DNA from: Eledone cirrhosa
Taxonomy: Eukaryota
Reading direction: 5' to 3'
Assembly (NCBI GenBank): GCA_964016885.1
Contig: OZ024743.1
Coordinates: 331,328,001 to 331,392,000 of the forward strand
Length of the DNA: 64,000 bases
Both the position numbers and the translations under genes were made by a program. Of the stretch, positions 39,889 through 53,718 are shown piece by piece (position 1 is the first letter of the stretch; each line of letters begins with the position of its first letter). Below the pieces are notes generated by a model. That model saw only the letters and a program-made list of their open reading frames with translations, was not told the DNA's origin and did not search any database.

Positions 39889-40717
39889 ATGTATATATAT
39901 ATAAAGAAAAAGAAGAAGAAAAGGAGAGGCAGTGGTGGCGGTGGGGAGAAATCCAAGACAAAAAGTTTTAAAACAGGAATGGAAAGATTTGTTAATCTCG
40001 AAGAAAGCAGTGCTGGAATTATTAGTGATAGAAAAATAAGATGGAAGAGAAGGAAGAAATATTATGGCGATGGGGTGCAGGATAGGGAGAGGGATGGGGG
40101 TAGGGATGGGTGGAAGAGATAAGGGCAGGGCAGATATGGTAGAAGTGAGGCTTTATGAAGAAATAAATTGAATTGAGGTAAAATCTTGGAGCAATGACTT
40201 TTGAAAGTTGTAATTAACTGATTAAATTAGTGAAGCTTTGTGTGTGTTGAGGAGAGAGAGAGCGAGAGCATAAGAGAGGGAGAGCATGAAAGAGAGAGAG
40301 AGAGAGAGAAAGAGGAGAGATGATGGCAGAGGTGGGGGAAGAGACTGTGTGAGAGTGAAAGAGAGAGATATTAGCTGTGTATGAGAGAGAAGGAGAAGAC
40401 AAAGACAGAAATAATGAGAAACAGAAAAAGAACAAGGAGAAAAATCATGTGAAGAAGAAAAAAGTAGAGTGGGGGAAAAAGAGGGACGGAATATATATAT
40501 ATATATACAAAGAGGGGGGGAGGGGATTTCTTCATTTCTGCCACTGCCCATCTCCTCAATCTTACTATTTCTTCTTTAATTTCTCATTATTTCTTCTGAT
40601 GAAGGACTAGCATCAGGAACTGTTAAGACTCTTTTCCTACTATATCAAGCATAATGCTAATAATATATTTCTTCATTGTACTGTGTCATTTGCTTTGTTA
40701 TTTCTGTTTGCCTTTTT

Positions 40718-40814
<97 letters not shown>

Positions 40815-41540
40815 TTCGTTTTAGAATTTGTTTTGCAAGATTTCTTATCTGAAGACGTGTGTTGAAACAGATATTGTCAAACTCTGGGAGGGTCATGTTG
40901 CCAATAAAACACACGCACACATGTTGGTTTTCACTTCAATTTATTGTAAATTTCTGGTTGGTTGGTTCGATAATACACAACACGCAAAAACAAGATGGTG
41001 TAGGACAGAACAAAGGAGAGACACAAAATAAAACTCTCTAGTATATTTACATTCTACTATCCCAAGTATCGAGTACTCTGCTGAATAATAGTCTTACTAG
41101 TTTAAAACTGGTATAATCCTGATCTCTCTCATCTATATATATATATATAGGAATTTGTATATCTGGCAATATACGGTATGTTTATAAATAAACATACCGT
41201 ATATTGCCAGATATACAATTTCACATATTTCATATTTAAAGCTATGTTAGAGTTAATGTAGGTGTCACGACAAAAAAACACACAGTCACGCTGTAATGTG
41301 GCCATGCAGGTAACATGGTAAAAACCTCCCAGTCCACACTGTAAACGTGGTTGGTGTTGGGAAGGGCATCCAGCCGTAGAAAACCCGCCAGACAGTCCTG
41401 AGCAAGACAACCAATCTTGCCTCAAGTGGGACAATGCCCGTCTAACCCATGCTAACGTATAAGATGGACGTTAAACGATGATGATGATGATGATGATGAT
41501 ATATATATATATTCATTTTATTAAGGCTAAATAGTGAGTC

Positions 41541-41586
41541 TTGTTACTCAGGAGTTTCGCCTGTTTATCACAGGGTTATCAGACAA
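41541..41586 (-). ncRNA. Type I hammerhead-like motif with one core mutation, within a fold-back
   Basis: ttgt-CTGATAA-c-cctgt(gataa)acagg-c-GAA-ACTC(ct)GAGT-A-acaa. Degenerate sister copy at 41730-41774 (+). Confidence 0.6.
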
Positions 41587-43817
41587 GAACTCCAGAGTAA
41601 CAAAACTCAATATTTAGCCTTAATAAATGAATATCAAAACCCTACTTCGGGGGTTTTGACAGGTGTGATGGATTTGACGCACACATATATATCTATAATG
41701 AATGGACATTAAACTATGATAATGATGAGTTGTCTGATGACCTGGTGAACACAGACAAAACTCCAGAGTAACAGCACTGTAACTTGATCTCTATGATAAA
41801 TATACACATATATATATATATAAATTTAGTTACAATAGTAGCCTTGTAACTGATTACACATAACTCGTCCCATGGAATAATGTTCTAAACCTTTGGATAT
41901 TTTCATCAAGTTTGTACTACAATATATATATATATTATATATATCATTTTGTGTAAAGTTTGAACCTTCAAACTTACAAAACACCGAAGAAATAAATTTA
42001 TATACGATGTAGGATGTTCAAGCTCAGAAAATAGCTGTAATTACAGTTTATAAAAATCAAGTAAAGACTCTTAGAGATGGAATAAGATGTCAGCAGCAGC
42101 TACAAGGAATTGAGCTTTGTATCTCTCAGATACCAACTGAGTGCTTTCACCATTGAGTTAAGGGGCCCTCTGATATGTAAACAAACGTTGAGTGTGAAGC
42201 TCAAACTTTCAAACTTATGAAGCACTGACGAAATAAATTTATAAGATGTAGGATGTACAAGTGCAGAAAATATGTGCAATTACAGTAATTTGCTGTAAAA
42301 TAGCTGATAAATGTCAGAGAAAGGTGTGTGTGTGTAGAGAGAGAGAGAGACACAGAGAGAAGTGTGTTTAGAATTACAAGGGCTGAACATTATATATATA
42401 AATATAGGGTGGTGGATTGGCAGTATCGGTAGAGGGTCGGACGCCATGCTTTCCAGCATAGTTACGTCCCTTTACGATCTGAGTTCAAATCCCGCCGAGG
42501 TTGACTTTGCCTTTCATCCTTACGAGGTCGATAAAATAAAGTACCAGTAATGCACTGGATAATTGCTGGCCTTGTGCCTAAAGTAGAAACAATTATATAT
42601 ATAAATATATATATGAGAGAGAGATGGACAGAGAGAGAGAGGGTGATAGAGAGACCGATAGAGAGCGGTGAAGAAAGACAGAGAGGGGAAGAGAGTAATA
42701 TAGACCGATAGAGAGTGGTGAAGAAAGACAGGGAGAGAGGAAGAGAGTGATAGAGACATCGCAACAGAATATGGAAAACAAATGAAAGACAAATAAATTT
42801 AAAGGTAAAACATATTAGCTTCATTGTATGTGTGTTTAAACTCACACACACACAAACAAACACATACACACAAATATACATACACACAGGCACACAAAGA
42901 AGTACACACACACAAATACACAGACACACACAAATATACATATATACACAAATACACATATACACACAAATACACATACACACAGACACAGACACAGACA
43001 AGTACAAACACACAGACAAATACACATACATACACAAATACAGTCACACACAAATACACACAATGAAACTAAAACAAGAATATAACATTAAACATTTTGT
43101 TTTGAAATGTAAAGAAAAAATCAGTTTAAGATAAAGTAAATTTGGAGTAAATTAGTTTGGTTACTAAATGTTGTTATTGTGATTATTATTGTAATAGTTG
43201 CTGTTGTTGTAGACCAATAAAAGTGTTGGTTTTTTTATTTCATACTACATCTATCGCTTTATTATCCAATAATAAACTTTGTCCACAACCAATTTGAAAG
43301 TGGGGTAAACTCACACATTTTTCAGTGACTCTAAAAAACTGATATCTCTAAAGAAAACAGAGATTCTGTTGTATCAGTGTATTACTGGTACAACTGCAAC
43401 ACTAGATTCATAAATTCTAAATTTAATATTTAAATAATGATTTCTGATTTAGACACAAGGCTAACAATTTTTGGGGAAGTCGATTAAATCGACCCCCAGT
43501 GCATTACTGGTGCTTCGTTTTATCGACTCAGTACGGATGAAAGGCAAAGCTAACCTCGGAGGGATTAGAACCCAGAAGGTAAAGAGCCGTAACTCTATGC
43601 CACAAAGCATGTTGTGTGACACTCTTCCAATACTGCTAATACACTGGCCTTATTTATAATATTATTATTTCATTATAAATATAACATTTGAAATGTTTTT
43701 GATAGAACATACAGTTTGTGTGACAAGGATAAAAAGGCTGTAAAATTATTATATATATAGATTACTGGGAGATATGCTATTACTACCCTGATATTGTAAA
43801 TATGTCACTAATAACAG

Positions 43818-43955
43818 GGGGCTCTCCTATCCCAATGTCATCTCCAGAGATTCTGGTATTGAAATCCAGGACTTGGCAACAGCAATGAACGACTGACCCA
43901 CGTGGAGTTCAATTGTTGAGTTGATTTCAGCTGAGGTCGCCGGATGTTAATGATG
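43818..43955 (+). mobile_element. RTE-type LINE extreme 3' fragment
   Basis: SYPNVISRDSGIEIQDLATAMND*PTWSSIV resembles the C-terminus of the 37-kb element. Confidence 0.55.
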
Positions 43956-44226
43956 AAATATGTCAACATCATCATTATCATCATCATCGTTTTTACATCC
44001 ACTTTCCCACGTTTGCATGGATTGGATGGATACTTCTCAGCACAGCATCTCTCCACACGTGATCATACAAATATCACACACCATTGTATTATTTTGTCAT
44101 TCTGTTATGAACTAAGGAAAACAGACTTTAAATGATGATGATGATGATGATGATGTGGTGGTGGTGGTGTCCTGTTTTAAACACACATACTCACACATAC
44201 ATACATACATACATACATACATGCAT

Positions 44227-44820
44227 GCAGGTCACCAGTTGGTGCTACTGGTAACATGTATCCCAGTACAACCTGTCCCATGGTCGGGTCGTTGGCGACT
44301 AAACTGGCAACCCCACCAAAGTTTCTTGGTGAGGAGGGTGACTTTGGACATCCTGCAGGACTAAAAACAAAACCTGTCAAAGGGCAAAGGAGCTCTTAAG
44401 AGTCAATGGCCATCCAAAATCACTGGGAGAGATGACCCCTTCGCCTTTGTCAAGGCAGAATTCTAGGAGAAGTAAAACTCTGATATAACACCTGCAACCC
44501 TGATGGTATCCAATGATGTTGACTTGTTCTTCTTTTTGGTAAATATCATCTTGGTTAAGAGAGTGGGACTGGCTTTGTGCAGTGCCTTTGCTCACTATAA
44601 AAGCTTCACGGCACAGGCATTGCTTTATATCTGGAGATCTCTCTGCACTTGTTACCATGGGCCCAGCATTATGTGTCAATAATTGTCACAAGTGTGGTGT
44701 TTGTACCAGAGTTTTCAAGTCGCTGGCTGGACTAAAAAGTCACACTTGTTCAGCGCATCGGTAGGGGTTCTCCTACATGGATATAAAGTAGTGGCCGTAC
44801 TCGAAAACGAGTTGGCAGCC
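44227..44820 (+). mobile_element. Internally deleted, non-autonomous RTE-like element (5' UTR-like part + C-terminal C2H2 finger)
   Basis: HKCGVCTRVFKSLAGLKSHTCSAHR* is a C-x2-C-x12-H-x4-H finger, as found at the end of some RTE ORFs. (TATG)n tail. Second copy at 32653. Confidence 0.6.
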
Positions 44821-45051
44821 TGTATGTATGTATGTATGTATGTATGTTATCTCTTTCTCTTAATTTCGAGTATATTTTTTTTTGACAGGCCACCTTCCTG
44901 GTGGCAAGGTTGTAAAAGAAAAGAAATTGTCATCCCTTGAATCGCAAGAATGTTTTGCAAATTTTGAAGGTGCCAGCTATCGCAGCCATTTGTAGACTAT
45001 GAATTAGGGAGCTGCGCTTTATGTATGTATGTATGTATGTATGTATGTATG

Positions 45052-46398
45052 TTCTTCTGGTTTTATAATTTCACAAAGTTTTACCAATAGAGAGAGAGTC
45101 GGTTTCTAACATAGACACAAGACTCTCTCATTGGAATTTACATAACATCAACTAGGTAGATATGTATGTATGTCTGCATGCATGCATGTGTAGATATGGA
45201 TGTTATTGTATGTGTGGATGTGTATGTTTTGAGTTGTATGTGTGCATGTGTATATGCTTTGTATCTGTACATGTGTATATGCAGTTATTAGATGCAAAAT
45301 TTTTGGAATGTTTTACATATTTTTACTGTTCCATTAATGGATTGTACTTGTAATTTCCTAACTAGTTGTGTTCTTTCTGTTCCTGTGAAGTCTAGCTTCT
45401 CATGATTTGTATTGAGGCAGTTACTAACATATCCCAGTGCCCCAATAATCACAGGCATAAATCTGAAGGTGTAATCAGGGTGGAGTATCTGCAGATTTCT
45501 CATAAATATTCTCTGCATAAATATTCTCCTTTTCACTAATATTTGATATTATATTGGCATCTGCTGGGGAGCTAATTTCCACTACTGTGCATGTTTTCTT
45601 CTCCCTGTCCCATATCATAATATCTGGTCTGTTATGCCTGCATTTTATTGGGGTTTTTACTGGAACATTCCACCAGTACTCTTTCATATTATGTACATGG
45701 ATGTCTTCCACATTGTTGTAGCTTTTAATGTGTTTATTATCGGGGCTATCTTTTTTACGAACTGCATTGTACAGTGTTTTGGCCACTACATCATGCCTCA
45801 TAGGTAGATAGTACCGCGATGACATCTTTGGGCAGCTGCTGATGACATGGGTGATATCCTCGATGTTAGTTCTGCAGAGTCTGCACTTGTTATCACATCT
45901 AGGTGTTTTGCCTGCATCCCTATCTCTTTTGTGAATCAGGTATTTCGTGCTAATCTCCTGTTCTTGGATTGCAAAAGCGTATCCTTCAAAGTGGGAGCCA
46001 ATATAGCGGTTGTTGGTCCAAGATAGACTACTTTCCTTATCTATATTACTCTCACTCTGGAGCTTCCTGGCAACATATCCATGTATGATTTTTTTCTGAT
46101 AGGCATGCAGTTTTTCATCCATGGATTCACTGCGATACTGCTGAGCGACATCCCTGGGTGTGAGTTTTTGATTATCACACAGGGAATATCTCTCAAGGAG
46201 TTCCTTCCCAACTCTCATGATCTTATCTGTTTCATGCAGATAGACTTGCTTGAGAGATGGGCTCCTACGCTTCGAGTTTCGTAGATGTTGTCGGAGAGAT
46301 ATGATGCGATATTCAAATGCTGTCTGAACTGATGTTAGGCCTCTGCCTCCCTGCTTACGTTTCAAGTAAAGGCGGTCTATGTCACTGTTGATGTCACT
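45052..46398 (-). mobile_element. Dong/R4-clade non-LTR retrotransposon, 5'-truncated
   Basis: SDIDRLYLKRKQGGRGL, AIQEQEISTK, CRLC..THVISSC (CCHC), RHDVVAK, NRPDIMIWD..VEIS..KENIY, PVIIGALG form a restriction-like endonuclease C-terminus. One frameshift at a short duplication near 45500-45530. Confidence 0.92.
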
Positions 46399-46485
46399 GT
46401 ATGTATATATGTATGTATGTATGTATGTATGTGTGTATGTATGTATGTATGTATGTATGTATGTGTGTATGTATGTATGTATGTG

Positions 46486-46589
46486 TGTCACCACCTATTT
46501 CTAGATTCAAAATCCCTGAGCCATCCCACCTTTCAGAGGAAGGCAGTCAGATGGATCAGGGATTTTGAGACTAGAAATAGGTGGTGCCA
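46486..46589. mobile_element. ~100-bp palindromic MITE-like element
   Basis: caccacctatttctagattcaaaatccctga / tcagggattttgagactagaaataggtggtg. Confidence 0.7.
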
Positions 46590-47199
46590 TAACTACTACC
46601 TATTAGTCAATATATTGATTAACCATGATCAATCAATCCTCTGAAATGATCGTAAAGCAATGAATTAAGAACCTATCTTCAACTTTTGTTTTATTTTCAT
46701 TGTTCAATACACACATACACATATATATAAATAACTCTGTAGCACGTGTAGAATCCTCGATGGAACCTTATGCAATGAGAGTCTACTATAAAAACTATAG
46801 CAGTCACAGCCTAATCTCATGAAAACCATCTTTGCAAGGCTGCATTGAGTTCTAACAATGTTATCAGCCCCACCATAAACAGGCGAATACCAGTATATTA
46901 AAATATATATTAATATATATTAATATATGAAACAGCATTTTTGTCAAAATTTGAAATATCTCTGTTACTAAATACATTTCTTTTTTGTTTGGCATCAACT
47001 CTGTTTTAGAAGTTGGCATGGATTGACTTGGAATCTCAATATTGTGCTATGTTTTGGGTCTACATTAATATACTTTTAATGTGCATTAAGTTTCATTGGA
47101 GAAGATGCAGGGAGTCTCAAATGTTCTCTAAATTAGGATCCTTATTTGCTTTAATATGGCCCTGACTGACATTCTCTAATAACCCAGCAATATATATGT

Positions 47200-48585
47200 A
47201 ATAGTGAGTATATTTAGGATATGGTACCACAACCATGTTATATCACTGTGTTATCAACCCAAACACTGATATCAGATATCCTACTATACTGTGAGATACT
47301 GTAATATTTAGACAAACTACAGATAACAATGGTTTCTACTAGAGGCACAAAGCCAGCAATTTGGGGAAAGGGGAAAGTTGATTAAATCGACCCCAGTGTG
47401 TTACTGGCACTTTATTTCATAACCCCCATAAGATTTGAATTCAGATTGTAAAGGGTTGTAACTATATGCTACAAAGCATGTAGTCCAAGGCTCTACCGGT
47501 AGAGGATATTTAGGATATGACACTACACCCATGCTATTTCAGTGTAATACCAACCACAACACTGAGATATCAGATATCCTACAATATCCAGACAGTGTAT
47601 AGCTGTCTGGATATCTCACAGCATCTGTGTACCATATGGCTGTAGTGTCATATCCTAATAATTTAAAATATCACACTACTGCCTGTGGAGGTGAATGGTC
47701 TAGTGGTAAGGGTGTTGTACTTACAATCATAATGTTGTGGGCTTCATCCCTAAACTGGGTGGTATGTTGTGTTCTTGAGTAAAACACTTCATTTCGCATT
47801 GCTCCAATATATTCAGCTGGTAATGTGTGCTTGCAATAGCTGGGAGTTTAACCCTGCAATGGACTGGCTTCCTGTCCAGAGGGAGTCTTGTACTCCCAGT
47901 CACTTAATGCCATGGAAATTGGGAGAAGTACTGGCCTGGTGAGCCTTCGGGCTCAAAACAGACTTTAGACTTAGACACCACAGTCAGATTATATCACAGT
48001 ATTATCAAACACAACAGTGAGATATCAAATATTAGATACCCTACAATACTGTGAGATACTGGGAGATATCAAGACAGTTCATAACTAACAGTGAGAATAT
48101 TTAATATGTCAGTACAGCCATGTTATATCTATCAACCACAACACTGATATAGAGATATTAGATATTCTATGATACTGTTAGATATCTCTAGTCAGTGTAA
48201 AGCTAATAGTGGGTATATTTAAGATATGACACCACAGCCATGTTATATCAACCACACCACTGACATAGAGATATCAGATATCCCTATAACAATCAACAGA
48301 TACCGTGAGATATCCAGACAGTGTATAGCTAATAGTGGGTATATATTTAAGATATGATGCCACAGCCGTGTTATATCTGGGTAATATCAAACACAACACT
48401 GACATAAAGATATCAGATATCCTATGATACTGTGAGATATCTAGACAGTGTATAGCTAATAGTGGGTATATATTTAAGATATGACACCACAGCCATGTTA
48501 TATCTGGGTAATATCAACCACAACACTGACATAAAGATATCAGATATCCTATGATAATGTGAGATATCTAGAGAGTGTATGGTCA
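47200..48585. repeat. Diverged ~110-125-bp tandem repeat interrupted by two SINEs
   Basis: gatatgacaccacagccatgttatatc...gatatcagatatcct...gtgagatatc units. SINEs at ~47325-47500 and 47686-47975. Confidence 0.8.
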
Positions 48586-49029
48586 TGCTGACACACCAGC
48601 AGCTGGTTATATTTTACTGTGAAGTCTGACAGTTCCCTGCTCCCTATTTAGGTCATTACTAAAACAACACTGAAATATTCTCAAAAACAAGTCAACATCT
48701 GAAGACACCATAGTCTCCTATCTGTTACTTTATCCCCCTGTCTTCTACTCCCCCCCCCCCCCCCGTGGGTGTTATAGTAGAAGTAATGGAAAACAGCACT
48801 CTGTTGTTGTTGCTGTTGTAAAACATTTGTTACTAAACAGACATAGTGTGCAAAAGCTTAGTATCTCAAACAATGAAAGTTTAAGTTATATAACATGACA
48901 TTGAGCACCTGAAGAAGACAGAGGGGAAAAGGTGGAGGGAGAGTGGACAAAGAGAGAGCACACAGAGGGCAACAGTCATTGTCAAGGTCACAGACAGTGA
49001 TGAAAGGACTTTGACAATTTATTTATTGA

Positions 49030-49205
49030 TAAGGCATGTCTGTAAATTCCAGCTGACTAATTTTAGACCTGCCAGTCATGATACCACTTCCAACCCAACT
49101 ATGCATGTCAATCCTGTTCACGAAAATAAGAGATAGGAGAGGTGAAAGTAGGTACCCTTGGTGGAGTTTGACTCTCACATTGAATCGTTTTGATTTAGGA
49201 CTATT
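49030..49205 (-). mobile_element. LINE reverse-transcriptase fragment (RTE-like)
   Basis: SKRFNVRVKLHQGYLLSPLL resembles the RT motif S..F.V..GL.QG..LSPLLF. Confidence 0.7.
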
Positions 49206-50064
49206 TATCTGAGTCATAAAGGCATGGATTCAATTCCTTTACTGGGTTGTGTATTATGTATGTTCTTGAGCAAGATACTTCATTTCATGTTGGTGAGATG
49301 TGGTCACCCAACCTGTCTGGGAAGACAGTAGCTCTGATTATATACCAACTTGGTCTGTAATGAACAGACCAACCCATGCCAGTGTAGAAAGACATGGACA
49401 TAATATGATGAAGAGGAGGACAGGAAGGAAGAGGATGAAAGAGAGGGGAAGTATAATGAGAATGATGATAAAAACACTACTAACCCCTTCTTTCAAATAT
49501 GAAACACCTTGAAAGTATAATAAAGTTTGAAGAAAACAAAAAATAGGAATACAAAAATTGACCATCATTTTCCAAGACAAAAATGACAACCATATATTAA
49601 CTCTTAACAACCTGTAACCACATAAAAAACACATTAGCAAGATATCCTTGATAAGTACTAAACAGCACTATAACTACATAATGTTAAGAATTAAAGTTTT
49701 ATTCTAATACTACAACAAGATACTATAAACATTTGAATTAATAAACCAGACGACACCACATTAGTAAGACATCCTTAAAAAATACAAAACAACACTATGA
49801 CTGCATTACATTCAAAATTAATGTTATTAATCTAATATTGCAATTTTTCATAATAATATTCTGTACAAATGTGAAGATACTGTAAACATTTGAATCAACA
49901 AACCCATTTTTAAAAGATATTTTCTGCTAAATCATTACAGGTTGTTAAAATTAAATATTAATTAACATAGTAATGCCTAATTACGATAATGTTATTAATT
50001 TCAGAAAGATGAAGAATAAAGTTGACTTCAGTAGGAATTAAAAACAGAAAAAAAATAAAAGAAC

Positions 50065-50335
50065 CCAATCATCAGATCAGACCAAGAAAATGTTTTCATT
50101 GGTCTTTCTATTGTCGATATTATCTGTTGGTCACAACACCTGGCAGAAAAAAGTAACTGATCATCAAATCAAACCAAGGAAACAATGTTTCCATTGGTCT
50201 TTCCATTGTTTTTACTGTTTGTCAGTCAAAATTCCTGCCAGAAAAATGAGCTCATCATCGAATTAAACCAAGGAAACAGTGTTTCCATTGGTCTTTCCAT
50301 TGCTGATACTATCTGTCAGTTACAACTCCTGCCAG
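50065..50335. repeat. ~95-bp tandem repeat x3
   Basis: atcatc..at.aaaccaaggaaaca.tgtttccattggtcttt repeated. Confidence 0.8.
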
Positions 50336-51295
50336 AAGGAGGCAAGATTCAAACTCAGAACACACAGAGCTGGATCAGATACTACAAAACATCCTGTGTG
50401 AGTTGTTAAGAATCCTGCTAATCCACCAGATCTTTTTATTTATTGACCCCAGAAGGATGAAAGGTAAAGTTGATCCCATAGCACATAGAGCTGCCACATA
50501 TACAGACACTTTAATGACATGGTGAATTGGTGAGGACTTGATCTTAGAACATAAAATGATTTATAAAGCATGATAATAATAATGATTTCATTTATTAGCC
50601 ACAAGGGCCAACATGTAGGGGACAATACAAAGACAGGGACAGTGGGGGTTTACAATAAGGTCGAGTAAAAGTGCACAATGGCAAGACTAATTTAATAATG
50701 AAGATATAAAAATATAAAATAAACTATGCATAAATATAACAAAATAAATTCCCCGATAGGGGGTGGACGACCCTGGGGTGACTCGGGTACCCCCACCAAT
50801 CCTGAACCACCCTGCACTTCTTTCTACTTCTGGCACAAAGCCAGCAATTTGAAGGGAAGGGGAAAATCGTAAAGATGAAAGGCAAAGCTATCCTTGGTGG
50901 GATTTGAACTCACAATGTAAAGGGCCATAACTATATTCGGCAAAGCATATTGTCCAACGCTCTACCGATGTTTCCAATCCACCAATCTTTACTTATAATA
51001 CAAATTGTTTCTACTTATGGCACAAGGCCAGCAATTACCCCAGTGCATTACTGGTACTTTGTTTCATCAACCCCATAAGAATGAAAGGCAAAGTTAACCT
51101 CGGCGGGATTTGAACTCAAAATGTAAAGGGACATAATTCTATGCCACATAGCATGTGTCCAACGCTCTACCAATAATGCCAATCCACCGCCCTTATTATA
51201 GTAATAATAATAACAACAAAAACAACGATGATGATGATGATGATGATGATAATAATGAAGAAGATAATGATAGACATGAGCGAGAAAGGAACAGA

Positions 51296-51370
51296 AAAAC
51301 TGCAAGTAGTACAAAACTTGTTTTAACTGGTACGGCACATGTATTGAGAAGACTTCTATTGTTGTGAGAA
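51296..51370 (+). mobile_element. Dong/R4-like extreme 3' coding fragment
   Basis: KLVLTGTAHVLRRLL* matches the R4-type terminal motif QK.vllGTa.ilR. It follows a TAA/GAT microsatellite. Confidence 0.5.
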
Positions 51371-51399
51371 AGGTAACCATCTATGAAATTTTGTTTATA

Positions 51400-51733
51400 T
51401 GGAGGCACATGGCTTAGTGGTTAGAGCATTGGCCTTGCAATCGAAAGGTTGTGAGTTCAATTCTCAGACCGGGTGATGTGTTGTTTCCTTGAGCAAGACA
51501 CTTTATTTCACATTGCTCCAGTTTACTCAGCTGTAGAAATGAGATGATAGGGACCCCAGTCCCTATCATTCCACTGTAAAGTGGACATGTAGGTGCCACA
51601 GCAAAAAAGCACCCAGCACTCACTGTAAATGAGGTTGGTGTTAGGAAGGGCATCCAGCTGTAGAAATCAAGCCAGAATCAGTTCCCGTCCCACCCTTGCA
51701 AGCAGGGAAAAGCGGACGTAAAATGATGATGAT
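51400..51733 (+). mobile_element. Full-length-looking SINE: tRNA head, CORE-like body, 47-bp unit, RTE tail
   Basis: A box tggcttagtgg, B box agttcaattct. The 3' end cccacccttgcaagcagggaaaagcggacgta matches the RTE end at 27530-27562. Confidence 0.8.
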
Positions 51734-52694
51734 AACTTTATTTGATTATATTCCATAATTGTGTAAGTTGTAAATAATTGAGCACTCGTATATGATTGAT
51801 TATCATTCTGTTGTAAATATGACTTTAAACATATGATGTACACATGTATGAAGCAAATGATATACTTGTAACTGTGTAAAGTGAGTGACGTGAACAATAT
51901 GGTGTGTTTATTTTTGTGGCTTATCAATGTATGTAGTGAGTTTCTCTGTCCTAGGTGTTGGGAAGACACTCCGCAAGAAATGGAAATAAAACTGAAGGAA
52001 GAGGAAAACACAAAAAATAATCTAAATAATATTAGTGATATTGGGAACAGTAACTCATAAATTTGAACATTGTATAAAGGAAACGGAAATTGAGTGTCTT
52101 ATAGCATTATTCCAGAAAGTTTACCTTTAGGGAACAGTGCAAATCACCAGGAAAGTTATGGACAGTTGGCAAACTTAGTGATACTTAAGGCCACTGGTTG
52201 TGGTCCGTTATCACACAATATCCGGAGTTTCAACAGCTCATCTGACAAAACAATCCTATCATCATAATAATTGTTTCTGATTTAGGAACAGGGACAACAA
52301 TTTTGGTGAAGAGGAAATAGATTAAATTGACTCTAGTACATAACTGGTACTTATTTTATCGACCCCGTAGGAATGAAAGGAAAAACTAACCTTGGCAGGA
52401 TTTTAAAGAGCCATAACTATATGCTGCAAAGCATGTTACTCTACTACCAATAATAATGGTTTCTACTTTTGGCACAAGGCCAGCAATTTGAAGGTAAAGG
52501 GAATGTCAGCTAAATCAACCCCATTGCATTACTGGTACTTATTGATCCAGTAAGGATACAATGCAAAGTTGATCATGGCAGGATTTGAACTCAAAACATA
52601 AAATAACACTAATAATGACATAAAATATTACCAATAAAACAGCAGCATGTGGTTCATAAATTGTAAGCCACATGAGAGTAAATCCAATAAAAAA

Positions 52695-53171
52695 AAAAAT
52701 CAATGTGTGTGACTCCTGTGTGCAAAATGTGATGCTACATGGTAGTGAAACATGGACTGTGACTGCAGAGGACATGCATAGATTGGAGAGAAATAAAGTA
52801 ACCATACTTTGTTGGATGTGCAATGTAAGTGTGAGAGAGAGGCAGAGCTTGGACGAGCTGAGGGAGAAGCTGGATTTAAGTGGAATCTGAGATGGTGTGC
52901 AGGAGAGAAGGCTGCATTGGTTTGGACATGTGATGTGCATGGACAATGATCGTTGGGTGAAGAAGTGCCAGGAAATATCAGTGGAAGGAAGTTGCAGAAG
53001 AGGAAGCCTAAGGAAGACCTGGGTGGAGGTTGTGAGAGCTGACCTCAAATCACTGAGACTCACAGAGGAGATGGCAAATGATTGCGAAGTGTGGAGAGAT
53101 GCCATGCTGAGAAGGACCTGTCCAGCCCATGCAAGCTTGGAAAAGCTAACGTAAAAATGATGATGATGATG
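52695..53171 (+). mobile_element. RTE-clade LINE 3' fragment
   Basis: VMLHGSETW...LERN...ERRLHWFGHVMCMD...RKTWVEVVRADL, one in-frame stop, (GAT)n tail. Confidence 0.9.
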
Positions 53172-53718
53172 AAATGCTATGTATGAAATTCACATGAAAA
53201 TTTCAATAAAAAATATATATCCAATTCTTAATGATAATAAATTCTAGAGGAGAAAAAAATATGGTAAAATTAATGAGGAACCAATTTCATAGATTTAAAG
53301 TTGTAAAATAAAGCTAGAAGAAGGGTAATAAATTGTAAATGGGAGAGAAAACATAAATATAATAGATTAAAAACACCTAAAATATGATTGCACCTGTTAT
53401 TAAATATGTTTTGGAGCTAATATATCAGAGTTGTGTGATGAAAGGAACACACATAGGTTACAACAACGAATAAAACTACTACATCTACAATAACTACTAC
53501 TATTACAACCACTACATCAATAACAACTACCACCACTACAACTTCTACCATTTCTTTTAAATAATTATATATATATATATATATAATTATTTAATATAGA
53601 AATTAATTATTTATATATATAAAAGAGATGACAACATGAATGGACCTGTTATTTTTTCTCTAAAAACATTTTTTCAAATTCCACCCGTCCGTCCTTTCAA
53701 ACTTTCTAATTTCTCCTT

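Noticed and set aside
42095-42170. tRNA gene (minus)
   Set aside because: Degenerate A/B boxes without a closing cloverleaf; more likely a SINE head. The same applies to the other tRNA-like heads.
48860-48945. Strong minus-strand acceptor-like polypyrimidine/CAG
   Set aside because: All three downstream frames hit stops quickly and no donor was identified.
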